DNA of 53,721 bases from Marmoricola sp. (GTDB taxonomy: Bacteria > Actinomycetota > Actinomycetes > Propionibacteriales > Nocardioidaceae): positions 1 through 53,721 of the forward strand of contig JBHWSH010000402.1 of NCBI GenBank assembly GCA_043427135.1, given 5' to 3'. Below the pieces are notes generated by a model, which did not search any database, was not told the origin of the DNA, and was given only the letters and a program-made list of their open reading frames with translations. The translations under genes and the position numbers were made by a program. This document shows positions 38,290 through 47,017 of the stretch, one piece after another (position 1 is the stretch's first letter; every line of letters begins with the position of its first letter).

Positions 38290-39195
38290 ATGCCACCAGG
38301 GCGGGACCAGGTCAAGGCGATGGAGCGGCTCGCCCGCATCATCGCCGTCCTCGACGCGGCGGGGGTCGTCGGTGCGACCGCGGAGCGGCTGATCGCGGTC
38401 GCCGACTACGGCGAGGCCGCCCCGCAGGACCAGCTCAGTCTCGACCTGCGCAACCTGCGCAAGCAGGGCTGGCAGATCGACAACGTCGCCGGCCCCGGCG
38501 AGCCGGCCCGCTACCGGATGGTCAGCGGCGACAACCGGCTGCGCGTCCGGCTGACACCCGCCCAGCTGGCGGCGCTGCAACGGGCGGTGCTGCTGTCGCA
38601 GCGGTCCGACCTCGCCCAGCGTCTCGGCGTCGAGCCGGGCTCGGTGCCGGAGGGGGTCGGCAGCGAGGTGCTGCCGCAGCGGGAGAGCGAGGAGCTGTCG
38701 CTGGTGTTCCGGGCGGTTCAGCTCGGCGGCCGGATCCGGTTCACCTACAAGGGCACGCCGCGCGTCGTACATCCCGGGACGGTCCGGTTCCAGAACTACC
38801 AGTGGTACTTCAGCGGCGTGGAGGACGGCAGCGACCTGGTCAAGCACTTCATCGTCGGCGACATGAGCGCGGTGTTCCTCGACAAGCCGGGGACCGCGCG
38901 GGAGGTGTCGGTGGACCGGCGCATCCCGCTGCACCCGCTGCGCTGGGAGGTCGACGAGCCGACCGCGGTGACGGTCCGGACGACGCCGGAGTACGTCCCG
39001 GACGTGGTCCGCTGGCTGATGGAGCCCGACTCCCAGACCGAGACGGACGGCGTGGTGGACATGCGGTACACCGTCACCCACCGGCAGGCGTTCCGCGCTC
39101 GCGTCTACGTGCTCGGCAGCCGGGTCACGATCCCGGACGGTGGCGTGGTCCTCGAGGGCCTGCTGGACGAGCTGCGCGCGATGGTGGGCCGCTGA
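38290..39195 (+). CDS. WYL-domain regulator (PafB-like: wHTH-WYL-WCX)
   Basis: ERLARII, DLRNLRKQGW.I, IRF.Y...R.VHP, WYF.G. Confidence 0.85.
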   Translation: MPPGRDQVKAMERLARIIAVLDAAGVVGATAERLIAVADYGEAAPQDQLSLDLRNLRKQGWQIDNVAGPGEPARYRMVSGDNRLRVRLTPAQLAALQRAVLLSQRSDLAQRLGVEPGSVPEGVGSEVLPQRESEELSLVFRAVQLGGRIRFTYKGTPRVVHPGTVRFQNYQWYFSGVEDGSDLVKHFIVGDMSAVFLDKPGTAREVSVDRRIPLHPLRWEVDEPTAVTVRTTPEYVPDVVRWLMEPDSQTETDGVVDMRYTVTHRQAFRARVYVLGSRVTIPDGGVVLEGLLDELRAMVGR

Positions 39196-40229
39196 TGGCC
39201 ACGCCGAAGTACCTCCAGCGCCTGGCCCGCCTGCCCGAGGTGATGTCGCTGCTCGCGGCGTACCCGGACGGGATGTCGCTGCGCCGCCTCGCCGACCAGT
39301 TCGGCGTCGACGTGGAGACGATGCGCCAGGACCTGGTCACCTACCTCGACCTGGAGTCGTGGGGGTGGTCGTTCGACATCTTCCGGCGGCCGGCGATCGA
39401 GTTCGTGCAGCCCGAGGGCGGCTACCGGACCGACGGGTCGGGCGGCACGATGGTCCGCATCGTCGGCGACGCCTCACCGGGCCTGGGGGTGGAGCACCTG
39501 TCGGCCGGCGACCGGGCCACCCTCTACACGGCCGGTGTCGCGCTGCTCGACGTCGAGCCGGACGACACCGACCTGGCCGAGGCGCTCGGGGTGCTCGCGG
39601 AGACGATGTACGGCGAGCCGGCCTCGTCGCTGCGTGTAGGGGACTGGAACCGTTTCCTCGCCGAGCTGCAGGACGCCCAGGAGCAGGGCCGCCGGGTGCG
39701 GATCGTCTACTCCCGCGCCTGGCGCGAGGGCGTGACCGAGCGGGTGATCGAGCCGCTGCGGCTGGTGCAGACCCGCCGCGGCTGGGAGGTCGACGCCGGG
39801 CCGGTGGGGCCGGAGGGCAACCTGCGGACGTTCCTCCTGTCCAACATCCGCTCCGCCGAGGTCCTCGACGAGACGTTCGACCCGCCGGCAGGTGTCGAGG
39901 CGCTGCTGAAGCGGCAGCGCGCGACCACCACCGTCCGCCTCGAGCTGGCGCAGGACGCCCGCTGGGCCGCACGCCTGTACGTCGAACGCGTGACCGTGGT
40001 CGCGGAGGACGAGGAGACGTTCACCGCTGACCTCGAGCTGCTGCCGCCGGTGGGTGAGCGGGTCGGGCTGATCCTGCTCGCCAGTGGGCCGTCGGCGCGC
40101 GTCATCTCGCCGGGAGCGGTGCTGCCGGAGGCGCTCGGGGTGGTGGGGGAGCTGTTGCGGCACCACGAGGGTGCACGGGCAGACGATCGTGTTCGAACAC
40201 AACAACTGACAGATGCGAAGGGCAGCTGA
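39195..40229 (+). CDS. WYL-domain regulator (PafC-like)
   Basis: RL..L...HTH (LADQFGV....RQDL), VRI.Y....TERVIEP.RL, W.V.A, RTF.LSNI; TGATG-coupled to the first WYL gene. Confidence 0.85.
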   Translation: MATPKYLQRLARLPEVMSLLAAYPDGMSLRRLADQFGVDVETMRQDLVTYLDLESWGWSFDIFRRPAIEFVQPEGGYRTDGSGGTMVRIVGDASPGLGVEHLSAGDRATLYTAGVALLDVEPDDTDLAEALGVLAETMYGEPASSLRVGDWNRFLAELQDAQEQGRRVRIVYSRAWREGVTERVIEPLRLVQTRRGWEVDAGPVGPEGNLRTFLLSNIRSAEVLDETFDPPAGVEALLKRQRATTTVRLELAQDARWAARLYVERVTVVAEDEETFTADLELLPPVGERVGLILLASGPSARVISPGAVLPEALGVVGELLRHHEGARADDRVRTQQLTDAKGS

Positions 40230-40230
40230 G

Positions 40231-41382
40231 ATGCGCAAGCTGAGCGTGAAAGGCTCCAACCAGTCTTCACCCGAAGATCGGGCCGTCGTTGTGCAAGAGC
40301 GGGACGAGATGCGGAGGTTCGTCAAGGAGTTGAGCGGGGATGACATCACCTCAGGCAGCTGGTTCACGAAGCTGCTGATGCACTCCCTCAGCACTTACAC
40401 CTCAACGGTGGATTGGCAGTACTTCCAGGAGCGTTATCGAGGTTTGCCGCCGGATATCATCGTCGACCAGCGGATCAGGATGGCGGCGCGGTACGCCGCG
40501 ATCGGAGGCGGCCTCTCAGCGAGTGCGTATACGGGGGCAGTAGCCGCGACGATCGGTAGTCTCGGCGGCGCGAGCCCAGCGACTGTTCCAGTTGCGACCG
40601 CCACGATGCTGGTCGACGTCGCCTACACATCGCGTCTCCAGCTGCATCTGGCGTACGACATCGCAGTGCTCTACCGCGTTCCGCTGGACCTGAACGATCC
40701 AGATGATCTGTGGAAGCTCATCCGAATCGCGTTCACCATCAAGGGCGGCGAGGCTGTCAGTGAGGGCTTGCTGAAGGCAGTGCCGGCCGCCGTGCGTCCC
40801 CTGATCAAGCGCTACTACTCCAAAGGTGTGCTTCACGCGGCCAAGGGGCTGCCGGTCGTTGGAAAGCATCTTCTGCAGCGCAACGTCATCAAGATCGGCA
40901 TCCCCCTCGTTGGCGTGCCGCTCGCGGTACTGGTGAATCGACAGACCACACTCATTGCGGGGCGACATGCGCGGGTCGTATTCCGGAACGAGGCTCGCAT
41001 CGTCGAGATTGCTCGACAGCTCGTGACCGATACGCGCCACCCTGATCTGGTGCTGTGGTTGGCGTGGCTCGTCACCGTGGCGGACAACAAGACCAACGAT
41101 GACATCGCGCTTCTACTGCGCTACCTGGCTGCGCTCCTCGAAGAGGAGCATTCGGTGATGGATGACGACTTGACTGCCTTGATCACCACTGACGCAGCGG
41201 CGATCTGGTGCCGTCTCGAGACAGCTGACGGGGACCGCAGTGATCTGATCCAGGCCGCGCACCGGATAGGGCAGGTGGCCGGTTCCAGCTCACGCACCCG
41301 CGCTGTCGTCGCGGAGATCGCGGAACGCTTAGGTTCGGGCAATGGTGGAGGTCGTCCTTCGAAGCTGGTCCGCTCCGGGTAG
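40231..41382 (+). CDS. EcsC-like protein with possible C-terminal TerB-like region
   Basis: Gly/Ala-rich hydrophobic hairpin followed by LQL.LAYDIA.LY..P.D..D; lower GC3. Confidence 0.5.
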   Translation: MRKLSVKGSNQSSPEDRAVVVQERDEMRRFVKELSGDDITSGSWFTKLLMHSLSTYTSTVDWQYFQERYRGLPPDIIVDQRIRMAARYAAIGGGLSASAYTGAVAATIGSLGGASPATVPVATATMLVDVAYTSRLQLHLAYDIAVLYRVPLDLNDPDDLWKLIRIAFTIKGGEAVSEGLLKAVPAAVRPLIKRYYSKGVLHAAKGLPVVGKHLLQRNVIKIGIPLVGVPLAVLVNRQTTLIAGRHARVVFRNEARIVEIARQLVTDTRHPDLVLWLAWLVTVADNKTNDDIALLLRYLAALLEEEHSVMDDDLTALITTDAAAIWCRLETADGDRSDLIQAAHRIGQVAGSSSRTRAVVAEIAERLGSGNGGGRPSKLVRSG

Positions 41383-41425
41383 GCGCTCCCGTAGGGTCGG
41401 AACCAGGACCTGACGGGGAGGCTCT

Positions 41426-41764
41426 GTGGACATCTGGGACGTACGCGATCGGCTGATCGACGACTACCAGTCCTTCACGACCGCTTTCGTCGACATTCGC
41501 GACCGCCGGATCAAGCAGTACGTCGACGAGCAGCTGCAGCGCGGTGACCAGTGGCCCGAGCCGTGGATCTCGCTGAACCCTATGTTCGCCAGCGGCGGCA
41601 CCGTCCACGACCTCGTCCAGCAGGACCTGCTCCACCCGGAGTGCGAGCGGATCTTCCGGGTTAAGGACGGCCCGAGCGACCCGGGTTCCCGCGACATCAC
41701 GTTCCACCGCCACCAGCGCGACGCGATCGAGGTGGCCGCGAGCAAGAAGAGCTACGTCCTCACC
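41426..41764 (+). pseudogene. N-terminal fragment of a large DEAD/DEAH helicase, cut just before Walker A
   Basis: RD.LI.DY.SF...FV.IRD...WPEPWISLNP.F...HRHQ.DAI...SYVLT; the expected TGTGSGKS is absent. Confidence 0.8.
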
Positions 41765-41985
41765 CTGCGGTGGCCGGCGCCTTGCTCGGCGCATTCCACG
41801 GCTACGAGGCACTGCCTGTCGCGTTGACCAACCGGCTGGAGGTGGGATGGGTCATGGACCAGCTGGCGCGCGACCTGGCGCGGCAGGCGATCGAGAATCA
41901 GGCCGGCGCGGGGTGGAAGTCTGAAGACTCGGACCCCGACCCACCCCTCGATCCCTGGTGGGACACGCGCTATCCGGGGGTATGA
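41765..41985 (+). pseudogene. C-terminal fragment of an ADP-ribosylglycohydrolase
   Basis: AVAGALLGA.HG..ALP..L..RLE...V.D.LARDL...W..RYPG. Confidence 0.75.
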
Positions 41986-42020
41986 CCTCCCGCGCGACGC
42001 CATCAGAAGGAGACACACCA

Positions 42021-42332
42021 GTGACCTACATGGTTCCGATCACCCCGCCGCACCAGACGTCTGGATACACGACTCACGGAGCGGTGGACCTCGCCACGGG
42101 ACACGAATGGACGGTCTACCTCAACCCGCACCACGTCGATTTCCGTCCGCTCCACGGGAGCGTGGACGAGCACGAGCAAAGGGCCGCCGACCTGGCGCGC
42201 GCCATGTCGAGCCGCAACGCTCGGGTCTACACCAAGACCCATGGCGGAGCCTCGCTCGAGTACGGCGTCCGCGTGCGGTACGACGGCGCCGTCCCAGCGT
42301 TCAAGAGCGACGAGTCGGCTGCTCGCGCATGA
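42021..42332 (+). CDS. Hypothetical protein
   Basis: AAGGAG RBS, 103-aa ORF with biased codons. Confidence 0.5.
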   Translation: MTYMVPITPPHQTSGYTTHGAVDLATGHEWTVYLNPHHVDFRPLHGSVDEHEQRAADLARAMSSRNARVYTKTHGGASLEYGVRVRYDGAVPAFKSDESAARA

Positions 42333-42658
42333 TCGGCGATCAGGAATGCGCAGTGAAGGCGCCGACTTCCGGGCGCTCCTGTTCGAGGAGATGCGATCGG
42401 ATCGCTCCGGGCCTGGTCCCGACGGGCACGCCGCCCGCGCCTTCGTCGGGCCGTTGGTGACGCGAACCCGCTGATTGCGCGGCACTCCGCGGCGTCAGCG
42501 CGGCCGCTGGGACGGCGCAGCGCCAGACGCGGAATACGAGGCGTTGCGCCCCATGCCCGTCACGATCGCCGAGGGGCCGCCGATCTGATCCCCGCAGGAG
42601 GCTCTCGGCGTTTCGACGAGCACCTGTTCTACGACAGGAACATGCCGTCACCGCGCGC

Positions 42659-42676
42659 GGTAGCACAAGTGCTACC
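42659..42676. promoter_or_regulatory. Palindrome GGTAGCAC-AA-GTGCTACC, likely phd-vapC operator
   Basis: Perfect 8-2-8 inverted repeat ending 7 bp before the antitoxin ATG. Confidence 0.7.
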
Positions 42677-42683
42677 ATGGCCC

Positions 42684-42929
42684 ATGGCCACGATCGGCGT
42701 ACGCGAGCTGCGGCAGAACGCCTCGGATCTGCTCCGGCGGGTCGAAGCCGGCGAGGAGATCACCGTGACCGTCGCCGGGCGTCCCAGTGCTCGCCTGGTG
42801 CCAATGGCGCCCACCCAATGGCGGACTTGGGACGACATCGCCGAGCTCTTCGGCGGCCGCCCGGATCACGACTGGGAACGCGATCGCGCCCTCCTCGACC
42901 ACGGCGTCGAGGATCCCTGGGGCCCCTGA
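42684..42929 (+). CDS. vapB: Phd/YefM (VapB) antitoxin
   Basis: IGVRELRQNAS.LLRRVEAGEEI.VT..GRP.ARLVP. Confidence 0.9.
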   Translation: MATIGVRELRQNASDLLRRVEAGEEITVTVAGRPSARLVPMAPTQWRTWDDIAELFGGRPDHDWERDRALLDHGVEDPWGP

Positions 42930-43321
42930 TGACATCGACGCAGCGTGGCCTGCTGGACACGAGTGTCGTGATCGCGAGCGACGTCGCTCCCATGTCCGGC
43001 GCACTGGCAATCAGTGCCGTCACCCTTGCCGAACTCCACTTCGGCGTGCTCGTTGCTCGAACGCCCGAAGCGCGGGCGGAGCGGCTCCGGCGCCTCAGCA
43101 TCCTGCAACGGCACTTCGACGCGCTGCCCGTCGACGATTCTGTCGCAGTGGCTTACGGCAAGTTGGCCGCCGCTGTGGTCGACTCCGGGCGACAGCCTCG
43201 CCGTCGCGCCCTGGATCTGATGATCGCGGCAACCGCGCACGTGCATCAGGCGACGCTCTACACGCGCAACCCCTACGACTTCGCCGGCCTCGAGGAGATG
43301 GTCGAGATCGTCGTCGTCTGA
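42929..43321 (+). CDS. vapC: VapC PIN toxin
   Basis: LLDTSV, SAVT.AEL..G, DL.IAATA, LYTRN..DF. Confidence 0.92.
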   Translation: MTSTQRGLLDTSVVIASDVAPMSGALAISAVTLAELHFGVLVARTPEARAERLRRLSILQRHFDALPVDDSVAVAYGKLAAAVVDSGRQPRRRALDLMIAATAHVHQATLYTRNPYDFAGLEEMVEIVVV

Positions 43322-43330
43322 GGTGCGCCC

Positions 43331-43759
43331 TCAGCCGCTGCCGTTGATGACCGAGCGTCCAAGCACCGCACGCGCCAGCGCGCATTCGGCGTCGCGATCG
43401 GCGTACCGCTGCTGGTGGCTGCCTCGCTCGACGATCACCTCGAACCCGCCAGGCGCCGCCTGCAGGGCGACGAAGGCGTCGCCGAGCAGCTTACGCAGCT
43501 GGTCCTCGCGAGGCAGCCAGAGCACCTCGGACTGCTGGATGCTGTCCAGCGCCCATTCGGTCGTGCCGTTGAAGCCGAAGATCGGGCCGGTCGGCACATC
43601 GATGATCTCCACGACCATGTCGCTGACGACGAACACCATGTCGTCCAGCTCGCGGTCGGGCACGTGGAAGCGGTCGCCGTTCTGCGGCGTCCAGGGCACG
43701 CCCGCGTCGCGCAACCGCCGGGCGAGCTCGATGCTGATCACGTCGTGCAGTGTGCCCAT
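43331..43759 (-). CDS. Conserved actinobacterial hypothetical protein
   Basis: GDRF.VP, FGFNGTTEWALDS, WLPREDQLR.LLG. Confidence 0.65.
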   Translation of the reverse strand: MGTLHDVISIELARRLRDAGVPWTPQNGDRFHVPDRELDDMVFVVSDMVVEIIDVPTGPIFGFNGTTEWALDSIQQSEVLWLPREDQLRKLLGDAFVALQAAPGGFEVIVERGSHQQRYADRDAECALARAVLGRSVINGSG

Positions 43760-43923
43760 CGCACGGCGCTCCGGCACCGGCGCCGGGGTACGGACCGGCG
43801 ACGGCAGGAGTCACAAGCGCGGCGCTGGTCTCGACCGTCACCCGAAAAGCAGGGCCAGGCCGATTCGTGCATGGAAAGTCGTGGGTAGGGCTGCTCGCGT
43901 ACCCACCGACCGAAGGGCGTGCC

Positions 43924-44121
43924 ATGCAGATCGACAAAGCACAGATCATCTCCCTGCTCCGTCAACGCGGCGACGACTCGAAGGCCGACCAGGCCGACCA
44001 GGAGCTGCCGGACCAGGTCGATACCGACAAGGACTCCGGCCTCCTGTCGAAGTTCGGCATCGACCCCAAGGACCTGCTCGGCGGTCTCGGCGGAGCGCTC
44101 GGCGGCAAGCTCGGCCTCTGA
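43924..44121 (+). CDS. Small acidic hypothetical protein
   Basis: MQIDK.QI..LL...GD..KA.QA..ELP.QVDTD..GLL.KFGI. Confidence 0.7.
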   Translation: MQIDKAQIISLLRQRGDDSKADQADQELPDQVDTDKDSGLLSKFGIDPKDLLGGLGGALGGKLGL

Positions 44122-44139
44122 CGCCGTCGACGACGAGTG

Positions 44140-44559
44140 ATGAGACCGCGTCTGGCCATCGCGATCGACGCGCCGGCCGACCTGGCGTGGGAGCAGTTGA
44201 TCGACCTGCGGTGGTGGCCCCGCTGGGGTCCAACCGTGCGGGCGGCCCGTCTCGACGACGGGTCGTACCTGCTGTCAGCTGGTGCGACCGGCGCGGTGGA
44301 GCCACTGGTCGGTCCGTGGCTGTCGTTCCGCGTCGACGCGTGGCAGGTCGACGCCGACCGGCGGTGCTGGTCGTGGCGCGTCGCCGGCGTACCTGCGACC
44401 GAACACGTCGTCGTCGACCTCGGGCCGTCCCAGTGCCGGGTGGAGATGACCGTGCCGTGGTGGGCGGCCTCCTACCTCGGCGTCATCGCTGTGGCCTTGT
44501 CGCGGATCAGGCGGTACGCCGAGGAAGCCGCCGGCACCGGCAGGCCGCTGACGCTCTGA
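44140..44559 (+). CDS. SRPBCC/polyketide cyclase family protein
   Basis: IDAPA..AW..L.D...WP.WGP. Confidence 0.85.
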   Translation: MRPRLAIAIDAPADLAWEQLIDLRWWPRWGPTVRAARLDDGSYLLSAGATGAVEPLVGPWLSFRVDAWQVDADRRCWSWRVAGVPATEHVVVDLGPSQCRVEMTVPWWAASYLGVIAVALSRIRRYAEEAAGTGRPLTL

Positions 44560-44632
44560 TCGGGTTGCTCTTCCGCTCCCGCCACCGACCGTGTAGGCAC
44601 GAACTCCACGCGTCGACGACAGGAGCAAGCCG

Positions 44633-44974
44633 GTGACGAAGTACCTGATCTCGTTCCCCAGCGGCGAGATGGACATCCCCGAGGGCGGGATCGAGGCGGT
44701 CGCGGAGACCGCGCACGCCGTCGTACGCGAAGCCAAGGAAGCCGGCGTCTGGGTCTTCGGCGGCGGCATCGACGAGAGCGTCGCGCCGGTGCGCGTCACC
44801 GCGGACGGCACGGTCCTCCAGGGCACCTACCCGCAGACGCAGCACCTCGAGGGCGGCTACAGCATCCTCGAGCTCCCGACGTACGACGACGCGCTGCGCT
44901 GGGCGGCGAAGTTCGCCGCTGGCTGCCGCTGCCCTCAGGAGGTGCGGGCGTTCGCGTACGACCCGGAGAGCTGA
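44633..44974 (+). CDS. YciI/DGPF family protein, copy 2
   Basis: Paralogue of 16869..17210. Confidence 0.85.
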   Translation: MTKYLISFPSGEMDIPEGGIEAVAETAHAVVREAKEAGVWVFGGGIDESVAPVRVTADGTVLQGTYPQTQHLEGGYSILELPTYDDALRWAAKFAAGCRCPQEVRAFAYDPES

Positions 44975-44999
44975 CCGGCCCTTCGATCACCGCCGCGAG

Positions 45000-45170
45000 C
45001 TACTCCTTCGACGGAGCGCATGCCACGATCGCACCCGACACGGCCATCGCCAGGCCGAGGGTGTCCACATGAGTCAGCTCCGGCGTACCGGAGTCCCCCA
45101 CGGCGTTGACGACCAGCACGAGGAGTCCAAGCGCCCACTCCAACGGGCCGACCCCGGGAATGATGTCCAT
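45000..45170 (-). CDS. 56-aa hydrophobic small protein, copy 2
   Basis: MDIIPGVGPL...ACAPSKE; below the ORF-track cutoff; same length as copy 1. Confidence 0.5.
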   Translation of the reverse strand: MDIIPGVGPLEWALGLLVLVVNAVGDSGTPELTHVDTLGLAMAVSGAIVACAPSKE

Positions 45171-45218
45171 CGCCGAAGAGTACGGAGCGCCGGACCTAGA
45201 TGACCCCCTGAGCCGGTC

Positions 45219-45623
45219 TTACGGCGCTGGCTCGACCAGGCGGAACTGCAGACAGACGACCGGTGTCTCGCCCTCGACGGGCGTGCCTGCTTCCGCCCAG
45301 TAGCGTCGGTGTCCGGCCCGCCACTCCTCCCGGTCGGCGTCACCCTCGCCCTCGGCTTCCGCGAACGACCACGGCACGTCGACGAACCGCATGACGTCGA
45401 CCTGCGTGACCTCGATGGTGGCGATCTGCTGGCGCGCGTTGTCGAGTACGGCGAGGCACTCGCCGACATGCTCGGGGGCCTCGCCCTCCTGCTCGTACTC
45501 GCTCACCAGCCCGGCGGTGGCGCGCTTTTCGCCGGCCAGCACGAGCCGGTTGAGCTCGTCGCGCATGCGCCCCGGCGAGCCGAACTCGATCGAGCGCAGG
45601 CCGCCCACCCGCGGCCAGGTCAT
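45219..45623 (-). CDS. ASCH domain protein, copy 2
   Basis: Paralogue of 18074..18466. Confidence 0.9.
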   Translation of the reverse strand: MTWPRVGGLRSIEFGSPGRMRDELNRLVLAGEKRATAGLVSEYEQEGEAPEHVGECLAVLDNARQQIATIEVTQVDVMRFVDVPWSFAEAEGEGDADREEWRAGHRRYWAEAGTPVEGETPVVCLQFRLVEPAP

Positions 45624-45790
45624 CGCGGCGTCCTGCCGTGCGGGTGGGTCACTCGATCAGGCATGACAGCAGGCTAGGTGCCCGATCGGGCGACGCGGAT
45701 GGCCCATCCGAGCCAGTAGGTCCTTGGTCTCCGGACACGAACCGGGGCGCCGCCGTACGGTGATCATCTTCTTCGGCAACGGGGGTCGAG

Positions 45791-46651
45791 ATGGCAGGTG
45801 AGTCCGCGCGCGAGGTGGCGCGACGTCGACGCGAGAAGGCGGATCGGCTGGCCCGCACCGCGGAGTTCTTCGAGCGCGGAGCGGAGGGCGAAGAGGTCAC
45901 CGCGGCAGCACTCGCCGCCCTGCCGGCGTCGGACTGGGCGGTGTTCCACGACATCCGGTGGCCGGGGCGCCGCTATGCGAACGTCGACCACGTGGTCGTC
46001 GGCCCTCCCGGCGTGTTCGTCGTCGACTCCAAGAACTGGTCGGGCTCCATCGTGGTCCGCGACCAGGTGCTGAGGCAGGATGGCCGGAGCCGCGAGAAGG
46101 CGGTCGCCGGTGCCGCCGAGGCCGCGCTCGCCGTCGCGCAGCTCACTCGGGAAGTGCCCGTCGACCACGTGCATCCGGTGCTGTGCTTCGTGCGCGACGA
46201 GCCCCTGACGGGTTGGGCTCGCGACGTGATGGTCTGCTCGACAAGCAACATCGTGGAGATGCTGCTCTCCCGACGGGCCGTGCTCACGCCGGAGCAACGG
46301 CGGGCGGTCGCTCTCGACCTCGACGCCAGCACACGCGCAGCGCTGGACGTGACGCCGAGACGACCGGTCGCCGCACCGCCCCCGCGACGTACGCCGCCAC
46401 CGGGCCGCCAGCCTGCGACCAAGCCGCGATCAGCACGGCAACGATCCCGCGTCCGCCGCTCGCGCTCCGGGGACCTCATCAAGCTCGGTCTGGTCGCCGC
46501 CGCTCTCGGCGTGTTCACCTACGTGCCAGGCGTGCAGCAGACGGTGATCGACGGGGTGACGAAGCTGATCGTGCCTGCGCCGGACGCCTCGGTGCCGACT
46601 GAAGATGCCCCGAAGCGAGACAAGAACGAGACGAAGCCGAACCGCGACTGA
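45791..46651 (+). CDS. NERD domain protein, copy 2
   Basis: Paralogue of 18627..19487. Confidence 0.9.
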   Translation: MAGESAREVARRRREKADRLARTAEFFERGAEGEEVTAAALAALPASDWAVFHDIRWPGRRYANVDHVVVGPPGVFVVDSKNWSGSIVVRDQVLRQDGRSREKAVAGAAEAALAVAQLTREVPVDHVHPVLCFVRDEPLTGWARDVMVCSTSNIVEMLLSRRAVLTPEQRRAVALDLDASTRAALDVTPRRPVAAPPPRRTPPPGRQPATKPRSARQRSRVRRSRSGDLIKLGLVAAALGVFTYVPGVQQTVIDGVTKLIVPAPDASVPTEDAPKRDKNETKPNRD

Positions 46652-46667
46652 CGCCTAGCCTGACTTC

Positions 46668-46964
46668 GTGGCAGAGCCTGAGCGGACAGCGGACGGCCGC
46701 TACATCGTGGTCGACGGGCGGCGGTGGCGGGCGACCGATCCGGCCATTCCCGAGGAGCGTCGCGACGAGCTGACCCGGATCCTGATGGCGTGGCGCCGCG
46801 AGGTACGCCGCGCGAAGGGCACGCCCGGCGAGCGGGCCGCGCGCGCCGGCGTACACGCGACCAAGATCGCCCTCGGCGAGCGGGGCACGCCGTGGTGGGA
46901 GCAGAGCAACGCCGAGCGGCGCGCACGATGGAGCACTGATGTCCCGACTCCGCCGCCGCGGTAG
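46668..46964 (+). CDS. Conserved small hypothetical protein, copy 2
   Basis: Paralogue of 19506..19793. Confidence 0.75.
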   Translation: MAEPERTADGRYIVVDGRRWRATDPAIPEERRDELTRILMAWRREVRRAKGTPGERAARAGVHATKIALGERGTPWWEQSNAERRARWSTDVPTPPPR

Positions 46965-46974
46965 CGGCCACGAC

Positions 46975-46996
46975 GTACAAGACCGCGCTGTTGTAC
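46975..46996. promoter_or_regulatory. Inverted repeat GTACAA-N10-TTGTAC, likely Phd/YefM operator
   Basis: Upstream of the antitoxin; contains the TGTACA core typical of yefM-type operators. Confidence 0.55.
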
Positions 46997-47017
46997 ATTC
47001 CGGGTAGCATGGGAGAC

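Noticed and set aside
43331..43759. Calling this gene a CpaE pilus protein
   Set aside because: No receiver or ATPase motifs and no tad/cpa genes nearby, so it is left as hypothetical.
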